A stretch of 64,000 nucleotides of DNA from Porphyridium purpureum (lineage: Eukaryota), in assembly GCA_008690995.1 (NCBI GenBank), contig VRMN01000013.1:62001-126000 (forward strand), given 5' to 3'. Under the pieces are notes generated by a model. That model saw nothing but the letters and a program-made list of their open reading frames with translations. It had not been told where the DNA came from and searched no databases. Below, piece by piece: positions 33,227 to 42,714 of the stretch (positions are counted from its first letter, which is position 1; every line of letters begins with the position of its first letter). Both the position numbers and the translations under genes were made by a program.

Positions 33227-35044
33227 CTAGGCGTTCGGCTCCAGCTCCGCCTCTGGCTCTGGCACGTCCTCTGGCCTGCCAATGTCCATGGTCTCGACAA
33301 AGTCCATTTCCTCTGGGATTTGGCTCCAGTCCACGATCTCCAGCATCTGCAAGTCGTCGCCGAGCAAGCTCATCTTCTCGTGGCTATCGACGACGCTTTC
33401 AACCTCGCCATCCAAGGGGATCACGGCGTTCGTGAGCGTACCGACAGTCGGAAGGTCCTCGTACAGCTTCTTCTGCAATACCTCGGTCACGTAGTCGTCC
33501 TTGATGACGCCAACGAGCAGACTCGCGTGGATGTCAATGGGGGCCCATCCAAGACCGCCAAAACTCATCCCGGCTTCCAGCGAATGCGGCACGTGCTCTT
33601 CAGCACCGAGGGTTTCTTGCAGGAGCTCGAAGCCGGCTTCGGTGGTCATCAGATCGTGCAGCGCGTGCTGGTCCGAGGAGGGGTCGAGTTCGCCGAGCAA
33701 GTGTGACTCAATAAACACAGCCATACGGCCATCCGGGAGCATGAATTCAAACGCGGCGTCGCAGCGCGATAGAGTGACTGTCACGAGAAACGCCACCAAA
33801 CTGGAAACGGCAGAGACAGCGAAGAATATCCAGTGTGTCTGCAGGGTCAAGAAGGTGTAACCCAAAGAGAAACAGGTACACATAAGGCAAGCAACGCCGT
33901 TCGCGATAGCAAACGTGAGGCCAGCATTCGCCGGACTGAACAGCTGCGGCGCGATCAGCAGCACGTAGATGGGCATGATGCTGTAGCAAATGAGAGTCAC
34001 AGTCAAACAAACTACATACATCGTGAGAGCGTGACCAAGGGCCATGTAAACACACGCTAGCGTTTGCAGAAGCAGAAAAATGAGCGCCGAATTTTTCGGC
34101 CCGCACCAAAAGAATCCCGGCCTCTTCAGACTTTGCGCGACAAAGCCAGCAAAGACGCGCGCGACGAGTCCACAAGCGTTCATCAGTCCGAATAGACTCG
34201 CGCTGTCTGGGCCACTAATGCCAAATTCGTCATCCATGAATGACGCAAACGAGACCAACACAGTGTAACCGACTGCCTGGCCCATCCCGTACATCACAAA
34301 TACTTTGTACAGTTCCTTTTGGGCAAACAGTCTGATTCCGAGCCGAACGCCGGCATTTGCAGATCGTTCAATGATTCTTTCCTCGGTTCCCTCAGCATGT
34401 GCAGGCTTTGCTTTTGCAGATGAGGATGGTGACTGAGCTGGCTCGTGACTAGGATCCAAGAAGCCGGCCGGGGGCTCGCACATGAAAACCAGACAGATCA
34501 GTGCAAGCAAGCCGATCGACACACCGCTGACTATCAGTGCGGTCATGATGTGAAATTGCTCCGAAAGTGCAGAGAACATTTTGGAACCCACGATCAAGCC
34601 AGACGAATTAGCCAGCATACTCAACGACATTCCAAGGGCAGGCCTGTCGCCAAGCCACTTTGAAATCACCAAGACAGACGCCAAACCAAGAATTGAATTT
34701 CCTGCGCCGACCAACGCCGTACTCCAAACCATGAGAGCAGCACTATCCTTGAGCACCGCGTATGGCAATAGTAGCAGAGGCAGATGGAACAGCAACCCGA
34801 TCAAGCACACGGACATCCGATGCGATTCCCAGAACAAGCCGCCAGCGACGCTGGCAATGCCGCCAAAGACGTTTCTGTACGCCGCGCCCACAAGAAACGC
34901 GGTCTCAATGGCGGGTGTGAAATCGGTGACAAAAACACTATACGCAATCGTAGCCCCAGCCACAAACATTCCCAGACATGCCAACGGCACTTGTCCGAAC
35001 CACCGCGAGCGTTTCAGCTGCGCACTTGACGCCATTGAAGTCAT
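33227..35044 (-). CDS. MFS transporter with long acidic C-terminal domain, copy 2
   Basis: Tandem paralog of 30643..32424 sharing motifs such as GFFWCGPKNSAL, QLFSP.NAGLT and CDAAFEF.LPDGR. Confidence 0.85.
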   Translation of the reverse strand: MTSMASSAQLKRSRWFGQVPLACLGMFVAGATIAYSVFVTDFTPAIETAFLVGAAYRNVFGGIASVAGGLFWESHRMSVCLIGLLFHLPLLLLPYAVLKDSAALMVWSTALVGAGNSILGLASVLVISKWLGDRPALGMSLSMLANSSGLIVGSKMFSALSEQFHIMTALIVSGVSIGLLALICLVFMCEPPAGFLDPSHEPAQSPSSSAKAKPAHAEGTEERIIERSANAGVRLGIRLFAQKELYKVFVMYGMGQAVGYTVLVSFASFMDDEFGISGPDSASLFGLMNACGLVARVFAGFVAQSLKRPGFFWCGPKNSALIFLLLQTLACVYMALGHALTMYVVCLTVTLICYSIMPIYVLLIAPQLFSPANAGLTFAIANGVACLMCTCFSLGYTFLTLQTHWIFFAVSAVSSLVAFLVTVTLSRCDAAFEFMLPDGRMAVFIESHLLGELDPSSDQHALHDLMTTEAGFELLQETLGAEEHVPHSLEAGMSFGGLGWAPIDIHASLLVGVIKDDYVTEVLQKKLYEDLPTVGTLTNAVIPLDGEVESVVDSHEKMSLLGDDLQMLEIVDWSQIPEEMDFVETMDIGRPEDVPEPEAELEPNA

Positions 35045-35221
35045 GGCGGGCACTCACACTTCTGCTGCCCTGGACGCTCGCGCTCTGCCCTGTCTCTCCT
35101 TTTTGTCCGCGGCGCAATTTCTCTCCACGTCACCAGCTAGTAGCCTCGATGTTGGTTTTCGTGGCTGAGAGCGTTTGGATTCGACGTGTTGGCTCTGAAC
35201 GGTGTTTCACGGACTGCGCGG

Positions 35222-36800
35222 CTGGCGCGCTCGCAGTGGTGTACATAAGTGCCGCTTGCGCGCCTGGCGACCTGAGTTACCGGTGTGATTGTGACGAACT
35301 CGGGTTTCACGCCACTTTTCTCGCTGCAGATCGAAAATACGTTTCACGCAGGAAGTGCGTATAGAAATGTCGTTGCAGCTTTGTGACAAATGGCGAGCGG
35401 CTTGTTGTGTGACTTGCCTTGGCTGACCATGTGTCTGATTGGGTAGTCATGGCGTCTGCCTGTGCTGTTATTGTCGTATGCCGTGCTCATTGATAGTGCA
35501 GTGCTCATGGCATGGAGGACGGCGTTGGTTAGTGCGGGAAATGATATGTGCGGCTTTGCCTGTGGCTTAATCAACTCAAATTGGCTTGGCGACAAGCACG
35601 CCCTGGACATGACCTTGGGCCTATGTGCAAACTCGTCCGGGTCATTTGTGGACGCAAAGCTGTTCTCCGCTCTTTCCGAACATCCGGACACGACTCGCGC
35701 GTTGACGACCAGTGGCGATTAACTTGTCGGACTTGCTTCTCTCTGCCTTCTATGCATGACTGACCCTCTAGAAGACGTTCCTGGAGACGATGAAGGCGAT
35801 GTGAAGGCCGTGGCCAACGCTCCAGCGCCTTGGTGGACTATGACAGATCGCGAGGACAAAGCAGCTGGTAGATCGGCGGACGACAGGGTCCGCAAGGACA
35901 AAGGCCTATATCTTGAATACGAGTGATACGGCGCTTACATGTTGTTCATGGTCTGTCAAGGCGTTGCAAATCCTGGTTTGGTTTCATCTTTCCTTTTTCA
36001 CGGATTTCTAGTCTGGCGTGGGCGGACCCACACGCGCAAATTTATGCAGACTTGTGAATCCTGTCGCGATGATGGCACGAGCCCTTGCCGGTTTCGTTGC
36101 TCAGACGTTGAACTGGATCAAAGTTTCCTGGTGTGGACCGAAAATTTTGGCTCTCACGTTGGTGTGTCCGCACATTGTGGCCTTTGCTGGTCGGAAATGG
36201 GCCTTGATGAGGATCTTATTCTCGCATGCTTGATGGTACCGTCCCTAGTTTACAGGATCGGTTCGGTTCACGTGCTCTTTGTAGCGCCTCAAGAGCTCGG
36301 CCTTGCCAATGCAGGGATCAAGTGTGCTCTTTTTAACGGTGTCGCATCTTTTGTGTGTGCAAAGTTTTCCCTTGCAAATGCAGTGCTGACCGCCGAGACA
36401 GTTTGGATGCTTTTTTTTATTCTTCCTTATCTCTACAGCGAGCAGCTTGATCGCGCCGTTGCAATAGTCGTGCCGAGACGCTGCGAGGTCGTGATTCAAA
36501 TTGCATCGTCGGATCAGCGGGTGACAGTTTTGAATGTGTCGCAGGTGTTGGAGGAGTCGGACCCGTCCATCAGCCCCCGGCTTTTGCGTGGAATGGAAGC
36601 GTCCGACGCGCAACAGATAGCTTTGTCGTGGCGGACGAATTTATTCCTTTGATGGATGATGTTTATCGCTCGAGGCGACCTTCTCGTAAGCGAAATTGGT
36701 CTGGCTGCTATGGTGAGATGTGCCTGCGTTCTTTTTGGCGTTAATGCGCTTAAGTACGTTATCGACAAGCTTCAAAGAAAGCTCTTGAAGGCTTTCTTGG
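35222..36800 (+). pseudogene. Inverted, degraded third copy of the MFS transporter
   Basis: LARSQWCT*VPLARLAT*...QIENTFHAGSAYRNVVAAL*...MCLIG*SWRLPVLLLSYAVL aligns colinearly with LKRSRWFGQVPLACLG...AIETAFLVGAAYRNV...VCLIGLLFHLPLLLLPYAVL. Later blocks WCGPKI, APQELGLANAG and YVIDKLQRKL lie in shifting frames. Confidence 0.9.
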
Positions 36801-36968
36801 CGAAGAGGAGAGAAAGGAAGAAGAGCGAAAGCAAGGACTGTGAGCAGTGCGTGCGAAGGCCACCACCGAGTAAGTGACTGTATAAAGAAAAGCATGCTGC
36901 AGCAGAATGGGCAGATGTTTGCTCATCGTGATATATAAAGTAACTCTAACTTCTCCATCAAAAAACTG

Positions 36969-37499
36969 TCACAGCTTGGAGGCCGAGTCCAAGTGCTCTG
37001 ACTCAGACTTGGTATCAGTAATGGCCTCGGCCAAGGGCAAGCATGCCATTGCGTCGATCGACTCTCCTAGAGCATACAATTGTCGAATAGCGCGCTTCCG
37101 CGCGAGCCTGACACACGGACTCAGCGGCTCTAGGTGATCAAGATATATGATATCCCGCGTAACTAGCTCGCTTGCGACGCGAATTTGTTTTGCACGTTCC
37201 TCGGCGCAAAGATCGGCAAGTCCATTCGTGCGCAAGACGTCGGGCGCGAGTTCGGTGATTGCCGCACGGGTCAGAGCCAGCTGCTTGCCTAACGTGACCA
37301 GTTGCTGCGCGGCAAGCTGCGCGTTGTACGTGACAATCCCTCGCTTGAGGACTTGGCGCGCATTGCGCTCCCGCTCTCTCGATTTCGCCAACCAGGATTG
37401 GTACCAAAGCCTCAGAAGGATACCCCCACTTGCAAGCGACGCGAGCGCAAGGCCGAAAAGCTTGGTGTGATCAAACGCAGACTCCCCGCTGTCATGCAT
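36969..37499 (-). CDS. Membrane-anchored BAG-domain protein
   Basis: TM segment LFGLALASLASGGILLRLWY. C-terminal ASELVTRDIIYLDHL...VRLARKRAIRQLYALGESID fits the BAG helix 2-3 pattern (E..LD...R..RK...D). Confidence 0.65.
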   Translation of the reverse strand: MHDSGESAFDHTKLFGLALASLASGGILLRLWYQSWLAKSRERERNARQVLKRGIVTYNAQLAAQQLVTLGKQLALTRAAITELAPDVLRTNGLADLCAEERAKQIRVASELVTRDIIYLDHLEPLSPCVRLARKRAIRQLYALGESIDAMACLPLAEAITDTKSESEHLDSASKL

Positions 37500-37685
37500 A
37501 ATGTTTAAGAGCAAGACCCTAAGTATATTTTGGACACAATAGGCCTCTCTCTTGTGTTTCCGCAGCGCTCTACAGTCTTTCCTGTCCCTCAACCCTTTTC
37601 CTCCTTGCTTCCCCTGGTGTCCGCAGATTGGACGTAAATGGTTTCTGTCGCGCTCCAACTTGCTTGTCAGCTTGTTTATTTGCAT

Positions 37686-38495
37686 CTACTGGAGTGGTAC
37701 TTCTTGCTTGTCGACACAACTGTCCTGCAGCTCGAGCTTTAGCGCGTCGAAGCGCTCGCCGAGCGCGAGCATCTGCTTGATTACAAGTTTTCTCGTGACG
37801 CGGACAGCGTCCGAGCCGTCTGCGTTGATCTCGTCCACGCTGATGGTGTGCTGCGTGACGATTTCGCTGGCCGTCGTGAGCTGTTTGAGCAGATACATTG
37901 CGTCGGCTGGACGCAGCGTGCTTTTCCCGAGATCGGCGTCATCCATCATGTACTGTTTCTCCAGTTCGTCGAGGTCAGCTAAGCTTAGTCCGCACGCCTC
38001 ACGAATTTTCTCGGCGGTGCGATGAAGCATGCCGCGAAGTAACCGCAGCTTTTCAAGGACCAAGCGGGGTTTCAGAGCGCGCGCGGCGCGTAGCAGCAAC
38101 TGCTTTGCCTTTGCCGGATCCACTGAGCCCGGCCCTCGCGCGCCGCGCTGTTGCTCCTGCTGTTTGGCACTCAGCCACTTGGACTGTCCTGTGCTTGGGT
38201 TATGCAAATATTGTCTTCCGCTCTCTGTCGTGTACAGCACCTCGCCATTTGGCATGGCGCGGCCCTTTGCGTGCTTTGCAGTACCCGGAGACGGACTTGG
38301 ACTCACCACTGGACTACTTGAGCCTGGTTCCCACTGCGTCTCGCCCGTGAGGAAGTTGTGTCGGTACGCGCGCTGACTCGCCGGGTCGACGTGCCTTTGC
38401 CACAGCCACCGCGTCTCCTTTGTCGACGCATTGTACGCGTAATCCTCCCCCGCGGCATCCTGAAGAACCTGCCATTCCGATCCCGTCCCGGACAT
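37686..38495 (-). CDS. WW-repeat plus BAG-domain protein
   Basis: Three WW-like units (WQVLQDAAGEDYAYNASTKETRW; WQRHVDPASQRAYRHNFLTGETQW; YTTESGRQYLHNPSTGQSKW). C-terminal ASEIVTQHTISVDEI...VRVTRKLVIKQMLALGERFD. Confidence 0.75.
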   Translation of the reverse strand: MSGTGSEWQVLQDAAGEDYAYNASTKETRWLWQRHVDPASQRAYRHNFLTGETQWEPGSSSPVVSPSPSPGTAKHAKGRAMPNGEVLYTTESGRQYLHNPSTGQSKWLSAKQQEQQRGARGPGSVDPAKAKQLLLRAARALKPRLVLEKLRLLRGMLHRTAEKIREACGLSLADLDELEKQYMMDDADLGKSTLRPADAMYLLKQLTTASEIVTQHTISVDEINADGSDAVRVTRKLVIKQMLALGERFDALKLELQDSCVDKQEVPLQ

Positions 38496-38600
38496 CACGC
38501 GCGTGTTATTCCGTCGCCTGTCCGCATCCCCGTCACAGCCACCACCGAGCTCTTTCACCCCCCAACTAGACGCGCTTCGCATGCGAAAGAAACCACACCG

Positions 38601-38661
38601 GTACAGGTACAGTTCACACTGTACGCACGGTACATCGGGTACAGCTTCAATAGTGTACAGT
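38601..38661. promoter_or_regulatory. GTAC cluster (6 copies) including GTACAGT-TCAC-ACTGTAC inverted repeat
   Basis: GTAC at 38601, 38607, 38621, 38630, 38639 and 38655, roughly 105-165 bp upstream of the WW-BAG start. Confidence 0.5.
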
Positions 38662-39132
38662 TCTCGTGGATGAGGTGTGGGCAGCTCGAACAACGGTTCA
38701 TGTGTCGACGGCTTAGCGGTTTAATGGTTAAGCGTGAAGCGTGAAGCGAGAACGAAGCGTGGCTGGCAAGTGCGGCTCTCGGCCGTGAGTGTCGCGTCGG
38801 TGGCAAGAGCTTTGAAGAGACGGTCTGCTAGTGCACACATCCAGGGTGTGTAAGGCTCGGTGCAGAGCGCGACCGTGGCGGTTGTCGGTGCACAGTGCCA
38901 GCGGGAAGAAAGTTGCATCTTCAGCAACGCCGCGATCACCTGGTTGACCGGTTGGCGGTTCACGCCGGCGCAGTGCAAGAACCGAGCACCTGTGGATGTC
39001 CAGATTGAACTGTACACCCGCGGTTGACGGTGCGTCGCGGTTGTGGCGGGAAGTCGTGGTGGGCAGGGCGTTAAAGGACGGTGGCAAGGGTAGAGCGTGT
39101 CGACGTGTGTGAATGTGGGTTTTGGGTTAGAT

Positions 39133-39813
39133 ATGTTGTCGCGGATCGCGAGACGGGCATGCCAGAGGCCAACCGCTCAGAGGCAAAGATGGGCTGGCGC
39201 TGGGATTGATTCGTTCCGGTGGTTTTCTTCGGATGTGGTGAAGACGTCGGTGAAGGATTTGAAGGTAGGCAAGGATCTCGTGCTCGTGGACGGAAGGGTG
39301 GCAGAGATTTTGGAGCTCAGCAAGCGGCATGTAGGGCGCGGCGCCGCTCCGGTCATATTGAATCTCAGGAGCTTGCCGGAAGGGAACAAGTTTACAATGC
39401 GGGTCACAAGCGATGCCATGTTCGACAAGGTGACTTTCGAGCGGCGACAGGTCACGCTCATGTTTGATGACGGCAGTGCACTGAACTTTTTGGACGAGAA
39501 TTCCATGGAAGAGTTTCAGGTCGCCAAAAACGCTTTGTCGGGAGTGAAGCAGGCACTGCTCACTGAAGGTGTCCGCTGCATTATGACCATGTTTGATGGC
39601 AAGGCCTTGGACGTCGATTTTGGCGAGTCGTTCGAAGTCCAAGTGGAGGACGCGGGCTTGGACGCGTCGTCCCGCGTGTCAGCAAGCTACAAGACGCTCA
39701 TTCTGAAAAACGGACTGAGGGTTTCCCGAGCGCCGATGCACGTCAAGACAGGCGACACGATTCTCGTACATTTGAACGGTGAAACGATCGAGTTTGTGGG
39801 GAAAAAATCGTGA
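39133..39813 (+). CDS. efp: Elongation factor P family protein, probably mitochondrial
   Basis: DLKVGKDLVLVDGRVAEILE..HVGRGAA..., FLDENSMEEF, YKTLILKNGLRV..PMHVKTGDTILV. Presequence MLSRIARRACQR...RWFSS. Confidence 0.85.
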   Translation: MLSRIARRACQRPTAQRQRWAGAGIDSFRWFSSDVVKTSVKDLKVGKDLVLVDGRVAEILELSKRHVGRGAAPVILNLRSLPEGNKFTMRVTSDAMFDKVTFERRQVTLMFDDGSALNFLDENSMEEFQVAKNALSGVKQALLTEGVRCIMTMFDGKALDVDFGESFEVQVEDAGLDASSRVSASYKTLILKNGLRVSRAPMHVKTGDTILVHLNGETIEFVGKKS

Positions 39814-39941
39814 GCTGTTTCATCAATGAACGAGTTAGCAGACAGTTTATTCGAACCATGGCGGTCGCGCATTATACGGATGCTTCTCGGTATACACAGC
39901 ACATGTTTCTTTCTTTCCATTTCCACCGCACCGCTCTCACT

Positions 39942-40523
39942 CTAGAAGCACATCAAGTCGGACCACGAGCCCCAGTACGCATCGCAGCAGGTCACGTATT
40001 GTGTCCAGAGCTGGGGGGAGTTCCTGTAAAACGAGCATGACAGTACGTCGCACGTGTTATCAAATCCGCCCAAATAGAGGAGGCACTCAGAATATGTCAT
40101 GTGCGAAACGGGTTTCGTGCCCATCACGGCATGGACTGCTCTCTTGGCGTAGCCCTGCAGTCGCGAAGCGCCGGTCGGCTCTTCCAGAGTCGGCGGCGCA
40201 AGCGCCTTGACAAGATTGACCGCACGAGTGAAGGCCTGGTCAGCCACACACTTCATGCCCGAGTCTTGAGCAGACTGCAGCGACGAGTACAGCAGCTCGG
40301 ACAGCGCCGACGCCTTTAGGTCGCTCAGCACACCCTTTGAGATGAAGCTATCCACCATTTCCGAGAATGACGCCTGCAGCTCCTCAACGGAGTGCTCGGT
40401 ACCTTGGCATGAATCCACTGTGCACGGCAAGTCTACAAATGTAATGTCATACGCCTGGCATGTCGCCAGCATCCCCAGCACGACGGCGCCCACCAGAGCG
40501 CCAAGGGCCGCAGCGCGCTTCAT
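39942..40523 (-). CDS. Secreted cysteine-rich protein of unknown function
   Basis: Signal peptide MKRAAALGALVGAVVLGMLATCQA. Six-Cys C-terminal module. Coding-like codon usage. Confidence 0.75.
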   Translation of the reverse strand: MKRAAALGALVGAVVLGMLATCQAYDITFVDLPCTVDSCQGTEHSVEELQASFSEMVDSFISKGVLSDLKASALSELLYSSLQSAQDSGMKCVADQAFTRAVNLVKALAPPTLEEPTGASRLQGYAKRAVHAVMGTKPVSHMTYSECLLYLGGFDNTCDVLSCSFYRNSPQLWTQYVTCCDAYWGSWSDLMCF

Positions 40524-41050
40524 TCTTCTCCCTGTCTCTGAGTCTCAGCTCTGGACCGCTCCAGTTGCCTTCTCTATTCAACCTGTGACCACACCGACCC
40601 AGAGCAGCCACTGCGCTACAGCCCACAACCTGTGTGTGGTCGCTCTTCTTGAATCTCCTCGCTCGCCGCCAAGAACCGTCTACAATGTCAGCCCTCGTCT
40701 CCTCGCAGTGTTCTTCATGCCTTGCGCCCTCCATTGCGCCCGTCCTTCGTGTGCCAGACGCAGACGTCGCCAATCCCTATTTATAGCTGGGCGTGCGCGA
40801 GATTAGCCCTTTCCGGAGAAGCGAGTCAGCGCCATCTAGTCAGATGCCGGCACTCGCACTCGCACTTGGACACACACGCACACACCCTCTCTCTCTCCGA
40901 CGCAGCCAGCTACATGCCCGTGAGCACGACACGACAAAGGACACAACTGTCACCACGTCGGTTCCCTATGTCCACGCGCTGGAATGATAGGCTCCCGTGT
41001 TTCGCCTGATGTTCAGTGCACCACGTTGATCCTAGCCGCTCTTGCCACGT

Positions 41051-41078
41051 ACAACAACAACAACAACAACAACAACAA
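41051..41078. repeat. (ACA)n microsatellite
   Basis: About 9 uninterrupted units. Confidence 0.95.
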
Positions 41079-41579
41079 GAACGCCCCCAAAAATAAAAAG
41101 CGACCAACGCGACAAACGTTGGCGTGCTGATTGCAATTAGCGTAAGGGCGCTCACGGTGGTGGTGGTGGTACAGTGTGACATACTAAAAGCACGCCGTTT
41201 TGATATGGATGACAAGAGGTACAGTGTGGGTTGTGTGTAATGCGGCATCGCTTTGGAATGCGGAATGGGTTGGTGCATGTGCGGGTGTACTGTGGGCGAG
41301 GCACCACATTGGCGTGTGGGCGCGCTGGGGTGCGAGGCGGGGTGGTGGGTGGGCTGGTTGGTGGGTGTGGTGAAACGTGGTTCAGCAGGAAGCTGGACGT
41401 TTTCGCGCGGTGGTAGTCGTGGTGGCGATGACGCACCGGATGCTCTCACCGCTCGCCAAGTTCTCGGTGCGTCGTGGTGGCTGCTGACCGTGCACATGCG
41501 TCGAGCCACGCTCGCCTGTGGCAGACGCAAGCTAGCTCGCCACACTGCGCAAGAACGGCTCTGTACTTGCACCTTGCGT

Positions 41580-42644
41580 TTACTTGGTTTTCGAGCTCAA
41601 TGACGGTGTGTGTTTAGATGACTTGCCAACAACACCCATTTTCTCCAGCATCGTGAGAACCGTGCTGGAAAAGTTGCCGAGAAACATGACGGAGAAGCAG
41701 AAGCCACACATGAGGATCTGGTACTCGCCACGGTACCGCGCGTAGAGAATGAACAAGGTCACGGCAATGTACAGCTGGAACATCTGCCCCACTAGGATGA
41801 TGGGCACTAGGATGGCCATGCTGCGCGTGTAGTGCACCTGCGTCGAGTCCGAGTTGGACACGTCCATTTCGCTGGCCTTGCCCAGCGAACGCAGCGTGTA
41901 CAGACGAGCAAGTTGATACCGCGTCTGGAAAATCTGCACGACGCCCATGTAAAGCCCGAACAAGTGGAGCTTTGTCGCAAACTGTGCATACGACGGTGAG
42001 TTTGGCCAGGTGACCAAAACCACAGCGTCAATCATGGACACATAGTGATGGACGATCCACCACTCCTTAATATTGCTGCCATTATGCCGCAGAATATTCT
42101 CGCGCAGTGACAAGTTCACGTAGTAGTAGGCCAGAAACAGTTGGAAGAGCATGTGCAGCCATCGGTTGTTGTGAAAGTAGAGGCACGCCACGCAGAAAGC
42201 AATGATGAGCGGCGCCATGTGCTGCTTGAACAGCTCGTACCCCTGCTTGAAACGCATCCTCTCCTTATGCCGCATGAAGCGCAGATTCAGGTTTCCGAGG
42301 TACGCGCGCACAAAGGTGCCGCCGTCGGTGGGCATCAGCGTGTCTAGGTCTGTCAACAACTCGTCGTACTTGCACATTTCCTGAGAACGCGATGAGAGCT
42401 TGTACTCCTTGTGTGCAGCTTTCACGGCCTTTTTGTGCTTGGCAAACGAGCCCTCAAACTCGTCCTGCAGCTTGTGCGCCTGATACAGCGCGTTCTTGAG
42501 GCGCTGCGAGAGTTCTTCCAGCTGCGCGTGCGATGCGTCCAGCTCGCTCACCGCATGGCTCGGGAGCCTTGGCCCTGCGGCGTCATGGGCACCGGCCGGA
42601 GAGGCTGCTTCGGGGGCTGCGTCGCTTCGGCTTTCCACCACCAT
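41580..42644 (-). CDS. TMEM120: TMEM120/TMPIT family membrane protein
   Basis: N-terminal coiled coil, YLGNLNLRF..RFKQGYELFK, LRENILRHNGSNIKEWWIVHHY, QTRYQLARLYTLRSLGKA..MDV. Confidence 0.93.
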   Translation of the reverse strand: MVVESRSDAAPEAASPAGAHDAAGPRLPSHAVSELDASHAQLEELSQRLKNALYQAHKLQDEFEGSFAKHKKAVKAAHKEYKLSSRSQEMCKYDELLTDLDTLMPTDGGTFVRAYLGNLNLRFMRHKERMRFKQGYELFKQHMAPLIIAFCVACLYFHNNRWLHMLFQLFLAYYYVNLSLRENILRHNGSNIKEWWIVHHYVSMIDAVVLVTWPNSPSYAQFATKLHLFGLYMGVVQIFQTRYQLARLYTLRSLGKASEMDVSNSDSTQVHYTRSMAILVPIILVGQMFQLYIAVTLFILYARYRGEYQILMCGFCFSVMFLGNFSSTVLTMLEKMGVVGKSSKHTPSLSSKTK

Positions 42645-42690
42645 TTTCACCCGCGCTAAACGCTTCTCTCACCCACTCGCACACACTCAA

Positions 42691-42714
42691 ACACACACAC
42701 ACACACACACACAC
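42691..42714. repeat. (AC)12 microsatellite in the 5' leader of TMEM120
   Basis: Directly visible. Confidence 0.95.

Noticed and set aside
35939..36652. 237-aa ORF as an independent gene
   Set aside because: It is a frame-shifted fragment of the MFS pseudogene.
40910..41572. 220-aa ORF with a poly-Cys run
   Set aside because: The poly-Cys is the translated (TGT)n microsatellite. The region is likely the TMEM120 3' UTR or a promoter.
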